Shown: positions 1 to 13,289, counted from the stretch's first letter. The stretch is DNA of 64,000 nucleotides from Octopus vulgaris (GCA_951406725.2 OX597826.1:8308001-8372000), one strand, 5' to 3'. Made by a program: numbers and translations. Notes: a model not told the origin generated them from the letters alone.

Positions 1-24
1 TATATATATATATATATATATGTA

Positions 25-70
<46 letters not shown>

Positions 71-80
71 GCATGCATAC

Positions 81-116
<36 letters not shown>

Positions 117-122
<6 letters not shown>

Positions 123-449
123 ACATTATATAAAAGGGCTTAGTAAAATAAATTACTTTGCCGCATACTGAACTCATTAGAAATAGCAGCTAAAAAACTT
201 TTTTAAAGCTATTTCTAATACTTAAAGAAAATCTCTCTCATATATAGTGTTTGCTTTAAGTATTAGAAATAGCTTTAAAAAAGTTTTTTAGCTGCTATTT
301 CTAATGAGTTCAGTATGCGGCAAAGTAATTTATTTTACTAAGCCCTTTTATATAATGTAATAATTTGAATTCGCCTTAAATGGTCCCTTTGCATACTGGA
401 CACTTGGTGAAATTAATTAATAATTAATTAATTTTACCCTCAATTGTTG

Positions 450-452
<3 letters not shown>
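117..452 (+). mobile_element. Fold-back (inverted-repeat) module in (TA)n, probable Penelope-like pLTR derivative
   Basis: Near-perfect 111-bp inverted arms at 117-227 and 254-364 with a 26-nt loop, then a unique tail to ~452, flanked by (TA)n on both sides. A fragment of the same sequence recurs at ~62991-63057. Confidence 0.6.
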
Positions 453-490
<38 letters not shown>

Positions 491-739
491 TACATTCATA
501 CATACATATATATATACATATATATATGTATGTATGTATGTAGGTAGATATGTATGTAGGTAGGTATGTACGTAGGTAGATAGGTATGTATGTAGGTATG
601 TATGTATGTATGTATGTATGCATGTATGTATGTACATAATATACATAGGCACGCACGCAGACATTCTCAAACGTTCTGTAAACCGATTTTGTAATACATT
701 TTCTGTGGCTGTATGGACAATTTTGCCAAATAAATATAC

Positions 740-797
<58 letters not shown>

Positions 798-1429
798 CTA
801 CTATCAACTACCACCAATACTGCCTTGATGATTATTATTTCCTCATTTCGTCGATTGATCAGTCTTTAATCAGTAAAATTCCCTCTATTTAGCTTGAATT
901 ACTCCCTTGAGTAAAGTATCTACATATTCGCAGTGCAGATTACGTTTGTCTGTATACCATTTAAATTATTCAAATAACTGTTAATTAAGTCGGTAATTCG
1001 ACACAGGAATGCGTTATCTTAAGGGATTACCATTAATTTATCGTATAATAATTTTGGTATTAGCCATGGTAATTTGATCATATTTTGCTCTTTGGCTTCC
1101 AGCAATGGCCATATATATATATATATATATATATAAATATATATACAAAGGAAGTTCCTCTCAGTTTCAAGTAAAATCCGAAGTCAGAAGAGATATATGA
1201 CTAGTTCAGTGCAATTTGGTACAAATATCGCTTTTTAGTAGCTTGAATGTCTAGAATGGTATCTGTCAATATGGGGTATTTTGCATACTTGCTTAGCACC
1301 ACCTACTTTTGCAATGCATTCGAATATCTATCGACCAAATAAGAATTATGAATTATATTCCATGTGTTCACTAATTTGTCTGTTTAGTTCAGGATCTCAG
1401 TAACTTACAGTAATGGTAATCTGCAATTC

Positions 1430-1680
1430 TAGTTCATAATATCTGCATCTGTACTTTATGATATCAGCATATATACTTTATGATATTGACCTTTATGTTT
1501 CATAATATCGGCATCTATATATCATGATATGTTTCATAATATCGGCATCTATATATCATGGTATTAGGGCTGGAAGTTCGTGATATCACAGGGCGTAGTT
1601 TTTGGTACCAGAGTGGTTGGTTATCATATCAGTGTATATAGTTCATAGCATTATCATCTATTGTTCATAGTATGTTCGTA
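1430..1680. repeat. Degenerate minisatellite
   Basis: Recurrent GTTCATAATATCGGCATCTATA-like units, with a near-exact duplication at ~1497-1560. Confidence 0.6.
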
Positions 1681-1777
1681 ACGAGTTATATATACATACA
1701 CAAATGCATAAAAATAGATATACATATACATATATACACATACCCATGTATATGTATACATATATACATACATACGT

Positions 1778-1970
1778 ATCATGTTGCACCGTTAATCTCT
1801 ACACATTTGTCTTTTCTCTCTACGTTTTTCTTTCATTTTCTATCCATTGTTTTCCTCTAAATCCTTCTGACGAAGAGCGTAGACTCGAAACGTAAAAGAT
1901 ATTTCCATTCCTCCTTGGCGTTAAACTAATACACCTGCTTTTGTTCAAACACCTGTCTTCTTTTGTTTTC
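1778..1970 (+). mobile_element. Short hammerhead-bearing repeat (family H1)
   Basis: Similar to 16382-16612, 17206-17425 (minus) and 44825-44985. Pyrimidine-rich and ends in (TA)n. Confidence 0.65.
1861..1900 (+). ncRNA. Minimal type I hammerhead ribozyme
   Basis: ATCCTT-CTGACGA-A-GAG(CGTAGA)CTC-GAAA-CGTA-AAAGAT: intact core, helix II, palindromic ACGT helix III, GUA cleavage site, helix I with one mismatch. Confidence 0.75.
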
Positions 1971-2697
1971 TATATATAAATGTACATATATATAAATGCA
2001 TACACACACATATTTATATACGCATTAGTTATAGTATACATTAGAACCCGAGTACATCAACTCGTATTGCGCCAGAAGTGGCTAGGCACAATAACACAGG
2101 GTTCACATTGAGGTAAAACAACCACAAAGATATCATATGTTAGTAGGATACTGTAGGCATGTAAGTACGAAATTCCATTTAAACTGAAGATCAAACTCAG
2201 GGGTGGCTTTATGTGCGGCCTAGGTAAATTGTAAACCATATTTGTGTTCTTTTATATATATATATAAATATATAAATTTTTGCAGGAAAAAACACTAATG
2301 ACGTCGAGAGATCGAAACCGAAAACTAAGTTTGAATTTGAGTTTCAAATATGTTGCTGAAACTTGAGGAGGTATTTTCTGCAAGACTGTTCTTGATCTAT
2401 ACTACTAGTGTAACTTCTCGTAACTGAAAGTCAATAAGTTGTCGGATTTTTATTAAGGAAAGTCTTGCCAGTTCACCAGCGTGACCACGTCCACTGCTTA
2501 GAACATGGGAAAGGAATTAAATGGCAAAAAAAAAGAAAAGAAAACCGAACGAATAAGCGTTGAATGACTCTTACAGACAGGTGCGCTGGATGTAATTAAG
2601 AAATAAGGTGTCATCTACTTATGAATGTATGTGTGATATGAAGCAACAACTAATGTTCAACAGGAACAGTTTGATAAACCGAAGATTGATGCTTATA

Positions 2698-3195
2698 GGC
2701 GAAGGAATGGCTGTGTGGTAAGTAGCTTGATTACCAACCACATGGTTCCGGGTTCATTCCCACTGCGTGGCACCTTGGGCTAGTGTCTTCTACTAAAGCC
2801 TCGGGCCAACCAAAGCCTTATGAGTGGATGTGGTAGACGGAAACTGAAAGAATCCCGTCGTATATATGTATATATGTATATATGTAAGTATGTATGTATA
2901 TATATGTATATGTGTATGTATGTATGTATGTATGTATGTATGTATGTATGTATGTATGCATGTATGTATGCATGTATGTGTGTGTGTATATATTTGTGTT
3001 TGTGAGTGTATGTTTATCCCCCCAACATCGCTTGACAACCGATGCTGGTGTGTTTACGTCTCCATAACTTAGCGGTTCGGAAAAAGAGGCCGATAGAATA
3101 AGTACTAGACTTACAAAGAATCGAACTCGTCGATTAAAGTCGGTGCACCAGAATGGCCACAGTCAAATGACTGAAACAAATAAAAAAGTAAAAGA
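2698..3195 (+). mobile_element. tRNA-derived SINE family A (CORE-like, internal microsatellite)
   Basis: A box TGGCTGTGTGG, B-box-like GGTTCATTCCC, CORE-like CACCTTGGGC(T/A)AGTG, internal (TA/TG)n, 3' tail GGTGC..CAG.ATGGCC.CAGTCAAATGACTGAAAC. More than 10 copies in the window. Confidence 0.85.
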
Positions 3196-3749
3196 GGTGT
3201 GTCCGAGTGAGCTCTACTAGAATACGTTTCGATAGGTGACGAACAGCAAGAATCTTCTCATTCAAATGTTGAAAGCAGGATGGAACCCCCCAAAAAAGAG
3301 AACTTGGTAATTGAATAAAAAGAAGCGAGAAACATCGGTAAAAGCTAGACTGGATGTAATGTTATGAGTTGACAATAAATTTACGATCTCAACCTCCAGT
3401 ACAAAACACTGAATGTCATCTCAGCGAAAATTATGAGAATTGAATCTACCGTGTGAGTTTTGGCCGATGTTGTCATATTGTATTATTGACTGTGAAATTG
3501 CGAAATTCGTTTTCTCTTTATTTTTTCTTCTCTCTACAGACAAAATTGGATGCAGATGAAGAAAATGGTAACATTTTTCACAGAATTATTTTGTCTTTTT
3601 TTTTTAAATGTAGTAGTGAAGTGCCCTATATTCTAACTCAATTTTTTTTATTTCAAAATTGTCAAACTTATTTTAAATTTTGTTACTTATGGTATAAATG
3701 GTTTTTCTTTTCTTTCAGAAACACAAACATGCGACTACCTCATCAGACG

Positions 3750-4620
<871 letters not shown>

Positions 4621-4621
<1 letters not shown>

Positions 4622-7145
4622 TATGTTTGACTTTTGCTTTATATTTGTACAAGTTGGCTCCAAGTCTCACCCAGAGACCTCAAGAGACAACAGGGTTGGA
4701 AGTTCATGTTGTTGTTATGCCTAGTGTGCCATATATTTGGGGGGTGGGGATGTTGTACTAATGAATGTCTAAAAAGAAAAAAAAAAAAGTTTTTTTTTTT
4801 TTTTTTTTTTTTTTAAACCGAAAATTATGTTTGTTTAAACCTTGAGATTACATAGAGAGTATTTTGCGTAGGATATGAGCAGTTCCCATGAGCACTATCT
4901 TTTGAACTTCTGCCATTTTGGGGTTTCCTGGTATCTGAGTTAGGTAGCTATCAGCCCCTTTTGCTATCATTCCCAGGGCACCTATGACAACAGGTATTGT
5001 TTTAGTCTTCAGCTTCCACATTTTGCTGATTTCTATTTCAAGATCTTTATATTTGCTCAGTTTTTGGTAGGTCTTGACAGATACGTTTATATCGATTGGG
5101 ACAGTCATATCAATGAGGAGGCATGTTCTTTGTTTGAAGTTTTTCAATATGATGTCTGGCCTATTTGCATCTATCTTCCTGTCAGTTTGAATGGTGAAGT
5201 TCCAGAGGAGTGAGATGTGGTCATTTTCAAGCACTGGGGGTGGTTTGTGTTCCCACCAGTTTTTTTCATGGGGCAAATCCAGGTTTTTACAGATTACCCA
5301 GTGAATATATTGTGCAGCTCTATCGTGCCTGTTGAGATACTCTGTAGGCGCTAGAAGACTGCACTTGGAGACCACATGGTCAATGGTTTCATTTTGTTGC
5401 TTGCATACACGACACGTTGGACTGCTTCTGATCTTTAATATGTTGGCCTGGTAGTTTCTTGTTGGTAGGCATTGATCTTGAGCTGCTATGATAAACCCCT
5501 CTGTTTCAGATTTTAAGCCAGAGGCCATTAGCCATTGATGGGTCAGGGCTTTGTCGATATCTGCATTATTCGCTCTCTTTGGGTATTTGCCATAGAGAGG
5601 TTTTCCTTGCCATTTATTATTCAGAATATCTAAGGCCGCAGTTTTGGCACGGGTTTTCATGCGCCTAGCTTTTTCTGTGCTTGTTTCTTGTATATCTATC
5701 TCCGAAATTGGTTGTATTCGGAATTCACTTAGATATTCCTTTGCCTGTTTTGTGACTGAGTATGATGCTTTCTTGTTTTCATGTTTTGAGACAAGTTTTA
5801 GCATCCAGTCCTCAGAGTTTTTCAGGTAGGTGTCTAGGCCAATTGTAGCAATCTTCATTGTTATTGCCAGTTGCAAAAGACCACGGCCTCCTCTTTTCTT
5901 GGCAGATAGAGTCGTTCTGTATCTGCCTTAGGGTGGTGCATTCTATGCATTGTCAACAGTTTCCTTATTTTTCTGTCGAGCTGACATATTTCAGTAATTG
6001 ACCAGTTAACAATATTGAAACTGTAAGTCACGACTGGTATAGCTAATGCATTGATTGCTTCGATCCTGTTTCTTGCATTCAGCTCTGTCTTGAGTATTGC
6101 TCTCACTCTTCGATAGCATTCTCTCCTGATCCTTTCCTTCATCTCTGAATGCCTTATTCCGTTCCCTTCAATTATCCCTAGGTACTTGTAGCTCTCCGCT
6201 GGGTCTAGTTCTTTTATGACATTCTGTTGGTCAAGGTTAACGTTAGATGTTTCTGTCATTTTTCCTTTGATAAAGGTAGCCTTTGCACATTTATCGAGGC
6301 CGAATTGCATTCTGATGTCGTCACTGAATTGTTTGACTATCGCTAGTAAGCCCTTGAGTTGTTGATCATTTTTTGCAAAAAGCTTTAAATCATCCATGTA
6401 AACGAGATGATTTATATTTTTATCAAACATTTTATACCCGTACTGCGCGTCATTGAGCAGCTTTGAGAGAGGTATTAAGGATAAACAAAAGAGGAGTGGT
6501 GACAGTGAGTCACCCTGGAAAATGCCACACGAAATTTTTACATCACCAGCATTTAGGAATTCACTGTCACTGTTCAGAGTTAGTGTGGTTCTCCATGATC
6601 TCATACTTACAGTCAAGAAGTTTCGCAGAGTTGGTGCTATCTTATACATTTCAAGGCATTTTCTAATCCAGCTATGTGGTAGGCTATCAAAAGCCTTTTT
6701 ATAGTCTATCCAGGCTATTGATAAGTTTTTGTGTCGTTTGTGACAATCTTCTAAGATCATCTTATTGATGAGTAGTTGGTCTTTACAGCCGTAGGATCCA
6801 CGTTTACATCCTTTCTGTTCATTAGGGAATATGCTGCTGTCTGTTAAAAAACTATAGGTATATTCCGTCAGGACAGATGTTAGTGTTTTGTACATAGTTG
6901 TTAAGCAAGTTATGGGTCTATAGTTTTTTGGTTCATTTGTTTCTTCACTTTTTGGAAGCAGGAATGTTAACCCATTAACTAGCCAAGGAGGCATCCTACT
7001 AGGGTGTTGCAAAACATCATTGTACAGTTCTGTTAGCAGTTCATGGCTCTCTGGGAAGGCATTCAGCCAGAAGTTAGGAATTTTATCCTTTCCTGGAGAC
7101 TTCCATTTGCTTGACCTCCTGAGAGCAGATCTTATATCTTCTACC

Positions 7146-7147
<2 letters not shown>
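4621..7147 (-). mobile_element. 5'-truncated R4/Dong-clade non-LTR retrotransposon (RT + CCHC + restriction-like endonuclease)
   Basis: RT motifs NYRPITCL, DYKKAFDS, GIFQGDSLSP, YMDD, YKYLG; CCHC CRVC..ETIDHVVSKC; RLE motifs RHD, RPDII, IDMTVP, KLSKYKDL. Both ends abut (TAA)n, the known Dong target. Confidence 0.93.
4848..7146 (-). pseudogene. Dong/R4 ORF fragment (RT-RLE), truncated and frameshifted
   Basis: ORFs 5861-7291 and 4848-5876 join if one G is restored near 5890 (LYLPRKE-G-GRGLLQL). The N-terminal poly-N is read through from the microsatellite. Confidence 0.9.
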
Positions 7148-7183
<36 letters not shown>

Positions 7184-7186
7184 TTT

Positions 7187-7262
<76 letters not shown>

Positions 7263-7263
<1 letters not shown>

Positions 7264-8440
7264 GGTTGCGAGCTGGTAGAATCGGTAGCACACCGGGCGA
7301 AGTACTTACCAGTATTTCGTCTGCTGCTACATTCTGAGTTCAAATTCTGCCGAGGTCGTCTTTGCCCTTCATCCTTTCAGGGTCGATAAAACAGTAGGGT
7401 CGATGTAATCGACTATCCCCCTCCCACCAAATTGCTGCCCTTGTGGCAAAATTTGAAACTATCATTATTATCATTATTGTTTTTGTTGTTATTATTATTA
7501 ATATTATTATTAAATTCCGCCGAGGTTGACTTTGCCTTTCATCCCTTCAGGTCGATAAATTAAGTATCATTAAAACACTGGGATCAATGCAAATGACTAG
7601 TCCTTCCCCCACCCCACCCCAGATTTCAGGTTGTCTTTACGTTCTGAGTTCAAATTCTGCCGAGATCAGCTTCGCTTTTTATCATTTCGGCGTCAATGAA
7701 ATAAGTACCAGCTGATCTCTGGGGTCGATATAATTGACCAATCCTCTCCCCAAACATTCCGGCCTTGTGCCTATTGTAAAAAGTAACATTAATAAAGCAA
7801 CGAGTGGACCGAATCGTTAGGAAGTTAGACAAATTAATTAGCAGCACTTCTTCCTGCTTCTTACGTTCTGTTCAAATTCTGTCTAAGTCGACATCGCCTT
7901 TTATTCATCAGGGGTCATTAAAATATGTCAGTAAAGTACTGGTGTCGATGTAATGGTCGTACCACCTCCAGCTAAAATTGCTTGCTTTGTGCCAAAACTT
8001 GAATCATTAAAGCGGTGAGCAGGCAGAATTGTTAGAGCGTCAAAATATTCCTTTGCGGTATAGCTTCGGATGCATTACAAGCCCCAATTCAAATTTTGTC
8101 AAGCACGAATTTGCCTTTCCTCTTTTTCGTGGTCGAAAAAAATATGAAGCGGTGAGTGTAATTGTCTTGCTCCTACCCACAAAATTGCTGGCCTTGTGCC
8201 AAAATTTGAAGCCGTTATTTATATTATTAATATTGCGATGCTGTGAAGACGGTTGGGCTGGCACAATACTCATCGTCCTTTCGTCCATTTTCATGTTGAG
8301 TTCAAACACCGACAAGGTCAGATCAGCCTTTCATACTTTCAGGGTAGATAAAATAAGTACAAGTTGAGCACTGGTATTGATGTGATGGACGTAACCCCTA
8401 CCATTTTATTGCTGGCATTGTGCCTAAATTTGAAATCAAT
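7263..8440 (+). mobile_element. Head-to-tail array of about 6 SINE family B copies or fragments
   Basis: Repeated GAGTTCAAATTC.GCCGAGGTCG..TTTGCCTTTCATC and CCTTGTGCCAAAATTTGAA units starting at ~7263, 7512, 7640, 7800, 8010 and 8250. Confidence 0.8.
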
Positions 8441-8663
8441 ATTGTTAATGCTGCTGTCATCAAAAATACCTTTGTTACAAAATGCTACATTCTAATTCTG
8501 AATACGTACTTTTATTTCACCACCTAGCAAACCCTTGAAGCTCTCTTTATAAACAACGTTTTGTTTTGGGTTCGTATTTTTTGTTGCAATCAAAAACATC
8601 TCCGAATTGCACGCAGGAGATAGCAGAACCTGTTTCTAGACGTGGCGCGTATTTGTAAAACTT

Positions 8664-8775
8664 GGCGCGGATGTGTGGTAAGAAGAAGCGTGCCCCCCAA
8701 CCACGTGATTCCGGGTTCAGTCCCACTGCCTGGCACCTCGGGCCAACCAAAACCTTGAGTGGATATGGTAGACGT
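8664..8775 (+). mobile_element. SINE family A 5' fragment
   Basis: TGTGTGGTAAG...CCGGGTTCAGTCCCACTG...GAGTGGATATGGTAGACG. Confidence 0.7.
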
Positions 8776-8919
8776 GTATGTGTGTGTGTGTGTGAGTGTG
8801 ATTTTGTCATAACACACGAGTTCTCATGAAGTATCTTGCAAACCAAATAACAAAACTAAAAGGTTATGTTCTGTGGGGCAGATCCCAACATTCCTCCTTA
8901 ACAGCATGCTGTTGTGTTA

Positions 8920-9550
8920 CAGGCTTCAGTGATATCAGTTTTGAGGGGAGGAAGTAAGCTGATTGCATGGGCCCTATTACTTGACTGGTACCTTACTTTA
9001 TTCCATCTCAAGAGATGAAGGGCAAAGCTTACCATTATGGGATTTGAACTCAGAACTTAAAGAACCGGAAGAAATGTCGCTTAGTATTTTGTCAGATGTG
9101 TCTATATTTTGAAAGCGCATTTTGTATTTCTTTCTCGAGCCCCAGGACATATGAGATAGATTAGGGTTTCATAAATGACTGAAATCGCAACAGTTCCCTT
9201 TAAAGGAATGCCGTTCCGTTACAGGGATCAACGCACTCGAGTTTTTCATATGCATATTTAACAACCAACGGCATCAACATAACAACATAACTCTTCTTCG
9301 GCTCTTGGGACCTGGGTGGAGTTTTGCTTTCTTGGACAAGGTATTGAATAGAGAAAACCTACTATAGAAATGAAATGTAGCTCCATAGCTACACTCAGGG
9401 GAGTGGATAAGCTGATTATATGGACTTCAGAACTTGACTGGTACCTTATTTCATTCCCCACGTAGGATTTGAACACAGGAAGCGAGGAGCCTGAAGGAAT
9501 GCCGCTAAATATTTTGTGAGATGTGCTAACGATCCTGCAAGCTTACCACC
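8920..9550 (-). mobile_element. Two decayed SINE family B copies (~8920-9100 and ~9395-9550)
   Basis: GACTGGTACCTTA.TT, GATGAAGGGCAAAG, GATTTGAAC.CAG and GTGCTAACGAT motifs. Confidence 0.6.
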
Positions 9551-9924
9551 TTATTTCTAAGCATAGTACTCAGAATATTTTGTTTGTGTTGGATATGTAT
9601 GCAAATTTCTCCTCGCTACGCCATCGATGCAGTTTCAGGCTAAGGCAAATTAAGGGCCGATATTGCCTGGTATCTGTGTCGTTGCAGGGGTTACCATCAG
9701 AAAGCAAAACGCCGAAACAGCTTAGCGTAAGGAATTACATTCGACGCTCTTGACAGAAGACAAGAAAGCTTTCTTCTCCCCAGAGTTTTGAATTAAACAA
9801 AACAACTCGTCATTGTAAGAAATGATGACTGGATACTAAAATTTTTCTCTGGTTTCAATGACAGGGATTAAAAGATCTATTTTCAATGAATCCAATTTTA
9901 TCCATCCCTTGTGTATTTCTTCAG

Positions 9925-10013
<89 letters not shown>

Positions 10014-10367
10014 TTTCCTGACTTTGTTCCACTCTCTCTCTCTTCTTCTTCTTCATCTTCTTCTTCTTATTCTTTCTCTGAAAGTGAAAGGAAGCTGTCA
10101 CCTAATATCTATTTTGGTAAAAACATTTACCATTGTGCTGACATGAAAAAAAGAGAATCAAATGTCTATTTTAATGAAATCAATTATCACACTTCTTTTG
10201 TTCGACAAGAAAGAAAAAATGGTAAATTCTATTTTAGGATAATCCATTATTATCAGTTTCTTTGATGTTGGACATCGGGGCATACATATAAATATATGTG
10301 TATGTATGTGTATATATACGTAGGTATATACATATATGTATACACCTTATACTTATGCTTATATAAC

Positions 10368-10413
<46 letters not shown>

Positions 10414-10578
10414 TGTATGTATGTATGTATGTATGTGTGTGTGTATGTATATATGTATGTAATAATATACACATATGTACATACATGTATATATACACAC
10501 TTAATATACCCATAAGTATATACATGTATATACATGTATGTGTGCGTGTGTACACATATAAAAACATATAGGTATATA

Positions 10579-10636
<58 letters not shown>

Positions 10637-10901
10637 CATACATACATACATACATACACACTAGGGCGCATATATACCTACATACACATAAGTTTGTGAA
10701 AATCATTATCTGCGATTACAGAAAGGCTAGATAGAGAGGTAGCTATGGAGCTACATTTCATTTCTATCGTAGCTTTTCTCTATTCACTGGCGTGTCCAAG
10801 AAAGTAAAACTGGGCCCAAGTCCCAAGAGCCGGAATAAAAGAAGACGTATGTTGTTATGTTGATGCCGTTGGATGTTAAATGTGCATACGAAAAACTCGA
10901 G
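9236..10901. repeat. Dispersed inverted repeat with arms at 9236-9392 and 10739-10901
   Basis: The reverse complement of arm 1 (GTAGCTATGGAGCTACATTTCATTTCTAT...GTCCCAAGAGCCG...TATGTTGTTATGTTGATGCCGTTGG...AAAAACTCGAG) matches arm 2 with scattered mismatches. Confidence 0.85.
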
Positions 10902-11149
10902 ACTGGAGAAGTGAACAATAATGTGTAGTGATAGTATATGTGAATGAGCGAAACGGTATGAATTCTATCTTTGAGCAAGACAAATATTTCTCGACTGTGA
11001 AGTTGGGTTCACTGTAAATAATAAATAGGTATTTTTGTCTGTACAACTTCCTTTAGTTTGTTCTATTAGGTTGAAATACACAATATAGTACCCTAAAGGT
11101 ACTTACGAAAGGGTACAGAAACGTTTCGTTATGATAATTATGATAATTA

Positions 11150-11311
11150 GGTGGAGGAGTGGCTGTGTGGTAAGTAGCTTGCTTACGAACCACATTGTTC
11201 TGAGTTCAGTCCCACTGCGTGGCACCTTGGGGAAGTATCTTCTACTATAGCTTCGGGCCGACCAAAGCCTTCTGAGTGGATTTGGTGGACGAAAACTGAA
11301 AGAAGCCCGTC

Positions 11312-11351
<40 letters not shown>

Positions 11352-11538
11352 GTTTGTGCTTGTCCCCCACCCCACCCCAACATCGCTTGACAAGCGATGC
11401 TGGTGTGTTTACGTCCCCAAAAGAGACCGATAGAATAAGTACAAGGCTTACAAAGAATACGTCCACGGGTCGATTTGCTCGACTAAAGGCGGTGCTCCAG
11501 CATGGCCGCAGTCAAATGACTGAAACAAATAAAAGAGT
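11150..11538 (+). mobile_element. SINE family A
   Basis: Head, CORE-like block, internal (TA)n and tail are all present. Confidence 0.85.
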
Positions 11539-11539
11539 A

Positions 11540-11969
11540 TCTTCTCTATATATAAACGGCAGTTTGTCTGTCTGTGTGTCTGTGTGTCTGTCAGGTTGTA
11601 CCCTCACCTGACCACGGCTTTCAACCGATTCTGATGAAACTTGACACACACATAGCCCAATGTCATAATTCAAAACTAACGCAGCGAAAATTTTGAAAAG
11701 TTTCCCCAGTTCTGAAAAAAATCGATAAATTCGACATGGGGTCGAGAATCTAAGCTTTTTATATGCAACACATTTTCTGTTGTAGTTTTTGCAACTTGCA
11801 ATCGGGAGACAGCTAGGAACATCGTATACACAGAAGTATTCGAGTGAAGAGAAGACATTGCAACCTACACATGCGCCTTCGTTCCCTAGAGGGAAAGAAC
11901 TAGATTGGGATTAGTTGTTGCCTACTAGGGGCTCTTACATACCCGGGCAACGCCGGGCTATGCTGCTAG
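11540..11969 (+). mobile_element. Non-autonomous Helitron
   Basis: 5' TC start, subterminal hairpin CCCGG-GCAACG-CCGGG (11942-11957), 3' CTAG, inserted between A and T with no TSD, (GTCT/GTGT)n near the 5' end. Confidence 0.85.
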
Positions 11970-12765
11970 TATTTCATATATTGCAGTTTTCCTTGGGTTT
12001 TCCTTAACCTGTAAAAGAAATCGGAACATTGGGCTTCCAACTAAGCCTTTCGCGATATACTTAAAGCCAGGAACTTTTCAGCACCCCTTCGTACATTTTA
12101 TTGAGAGGACAGGATTCAGAAAATGATTACCAAGTTCGATAGCATATATATATCGCACGTTTTCCCAAAATTACGCCTCAAAAATATCACAAACGTCCTA
12201 TGTGCGAAGTTGGGCTTCACATATCCTTTAATACACTAATTTTTTTCTGTTTTCCTTAATATGCGCCGCTAAAATTGGGATGCGTCTAATAGGCCCGTAG
12301 TCTATGGTAACTGTTGTTATTTTATTCCTTTATGAAAACGAAACACGTTGTGGCAAGACGTTTGGAAACGAGTGAAATAATCAGTTTCGCGTAGAATATC
12401 GACGAAGAAGAAGAAGAAGAAGGAGGAGGAGGAGGAGGAGGAGGAGGAGGAGGAGGTGGTGGAGAAGAAGGAAGTTGACGTTAACGTCAGAAAGACAAAA
12501 ACGACGGCGACGAGAATGATGATGATGAGGCCAGCCACGAAATGTAATCGATGTTATATATTTATCACTATTTGCAGTGTTTCGAAGAGCATTGCCAGAG
12601 TTTCTCCACATGAAACAGAGTTGCAAGGCAAAAAGAAACAAAAAATCTGGCTGAGCTAAAATTATCCGAGAATTAATAGCTAAAAACTTCCTCTAGACGT
12701 GCTTGAAATCATAAACAAAAGCAAGGGAAATAACTCCCGTAATGTAAATTTGTGGACAACTTATA

Positions 12766-12999
12766 TTGTCAGATAAATCCATTCGTTTTTTTCCTTTATA
12801 TTTTTAATCTTTTCCAATATTATTTCAAAAAGGGGAAAATATTTTTTTTATCGTATGTTTTATGCCGTTTTGGAACACTATTCTTCCTCTACAACTTCAA
12901 ATTTGTTTTAAAAATTTGAATAAATTTAATCGCATTTCAAATATATGACGATGAAGTGCCATGTAGAAAAAACGAACGAATTTATCTGACAACCTCATA
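12766..12999. mobile_element. MITE with mariner-like TIRs
   Basis: TTGTCAGATAAATCCATTCGTTTTTT (12766) versus AAAAAACGAACGAATTTATCTGACAA (12967-12992). Confidence 0.6.
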
Positions 13000-13289
13000 G
13001 AAACAATTAATATTGGATCGTATCTGGTCTTTAAAGCAATTAACGTTCATGGACAATGTTAGTCGCCCATAAAAAATGTTACAAAAATCCTAGTCCACGC
13101 CTGCAACTGGTATATCTCAGATGCTATTCCACAGTCTCACATGACCAGAGAATGTGCGAATAGAATGAAAGTTGAGGACAGTACAGTGACAACAACAGAA
13201 AGAATCATCAACAAAGGAGTTAAGTTCGAAACCGTATCCATTCGTCCATTGAATCAATACGTATGTATCGATAATTGAAGCCTATTTAG

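Noticed and set aside
1430-1680. CRISPR-like repeat array
   Set aside because: Eukaryotic context, degenerate tandem units without unique spacers, and no cas genes.
4771-4814. A-run/T-run hairpin as a terminator
   Set aside because: A homopolymer expansion in the LINE 3' UTR that is absent from the second copy at 31378-31681.
7148-7291. Apparent N-terminus MLPILPARNL plus poly-N of the RT ORF
   Set aside because: Read-through from the flanking SINE and the (AAT)n target, not part of the element.
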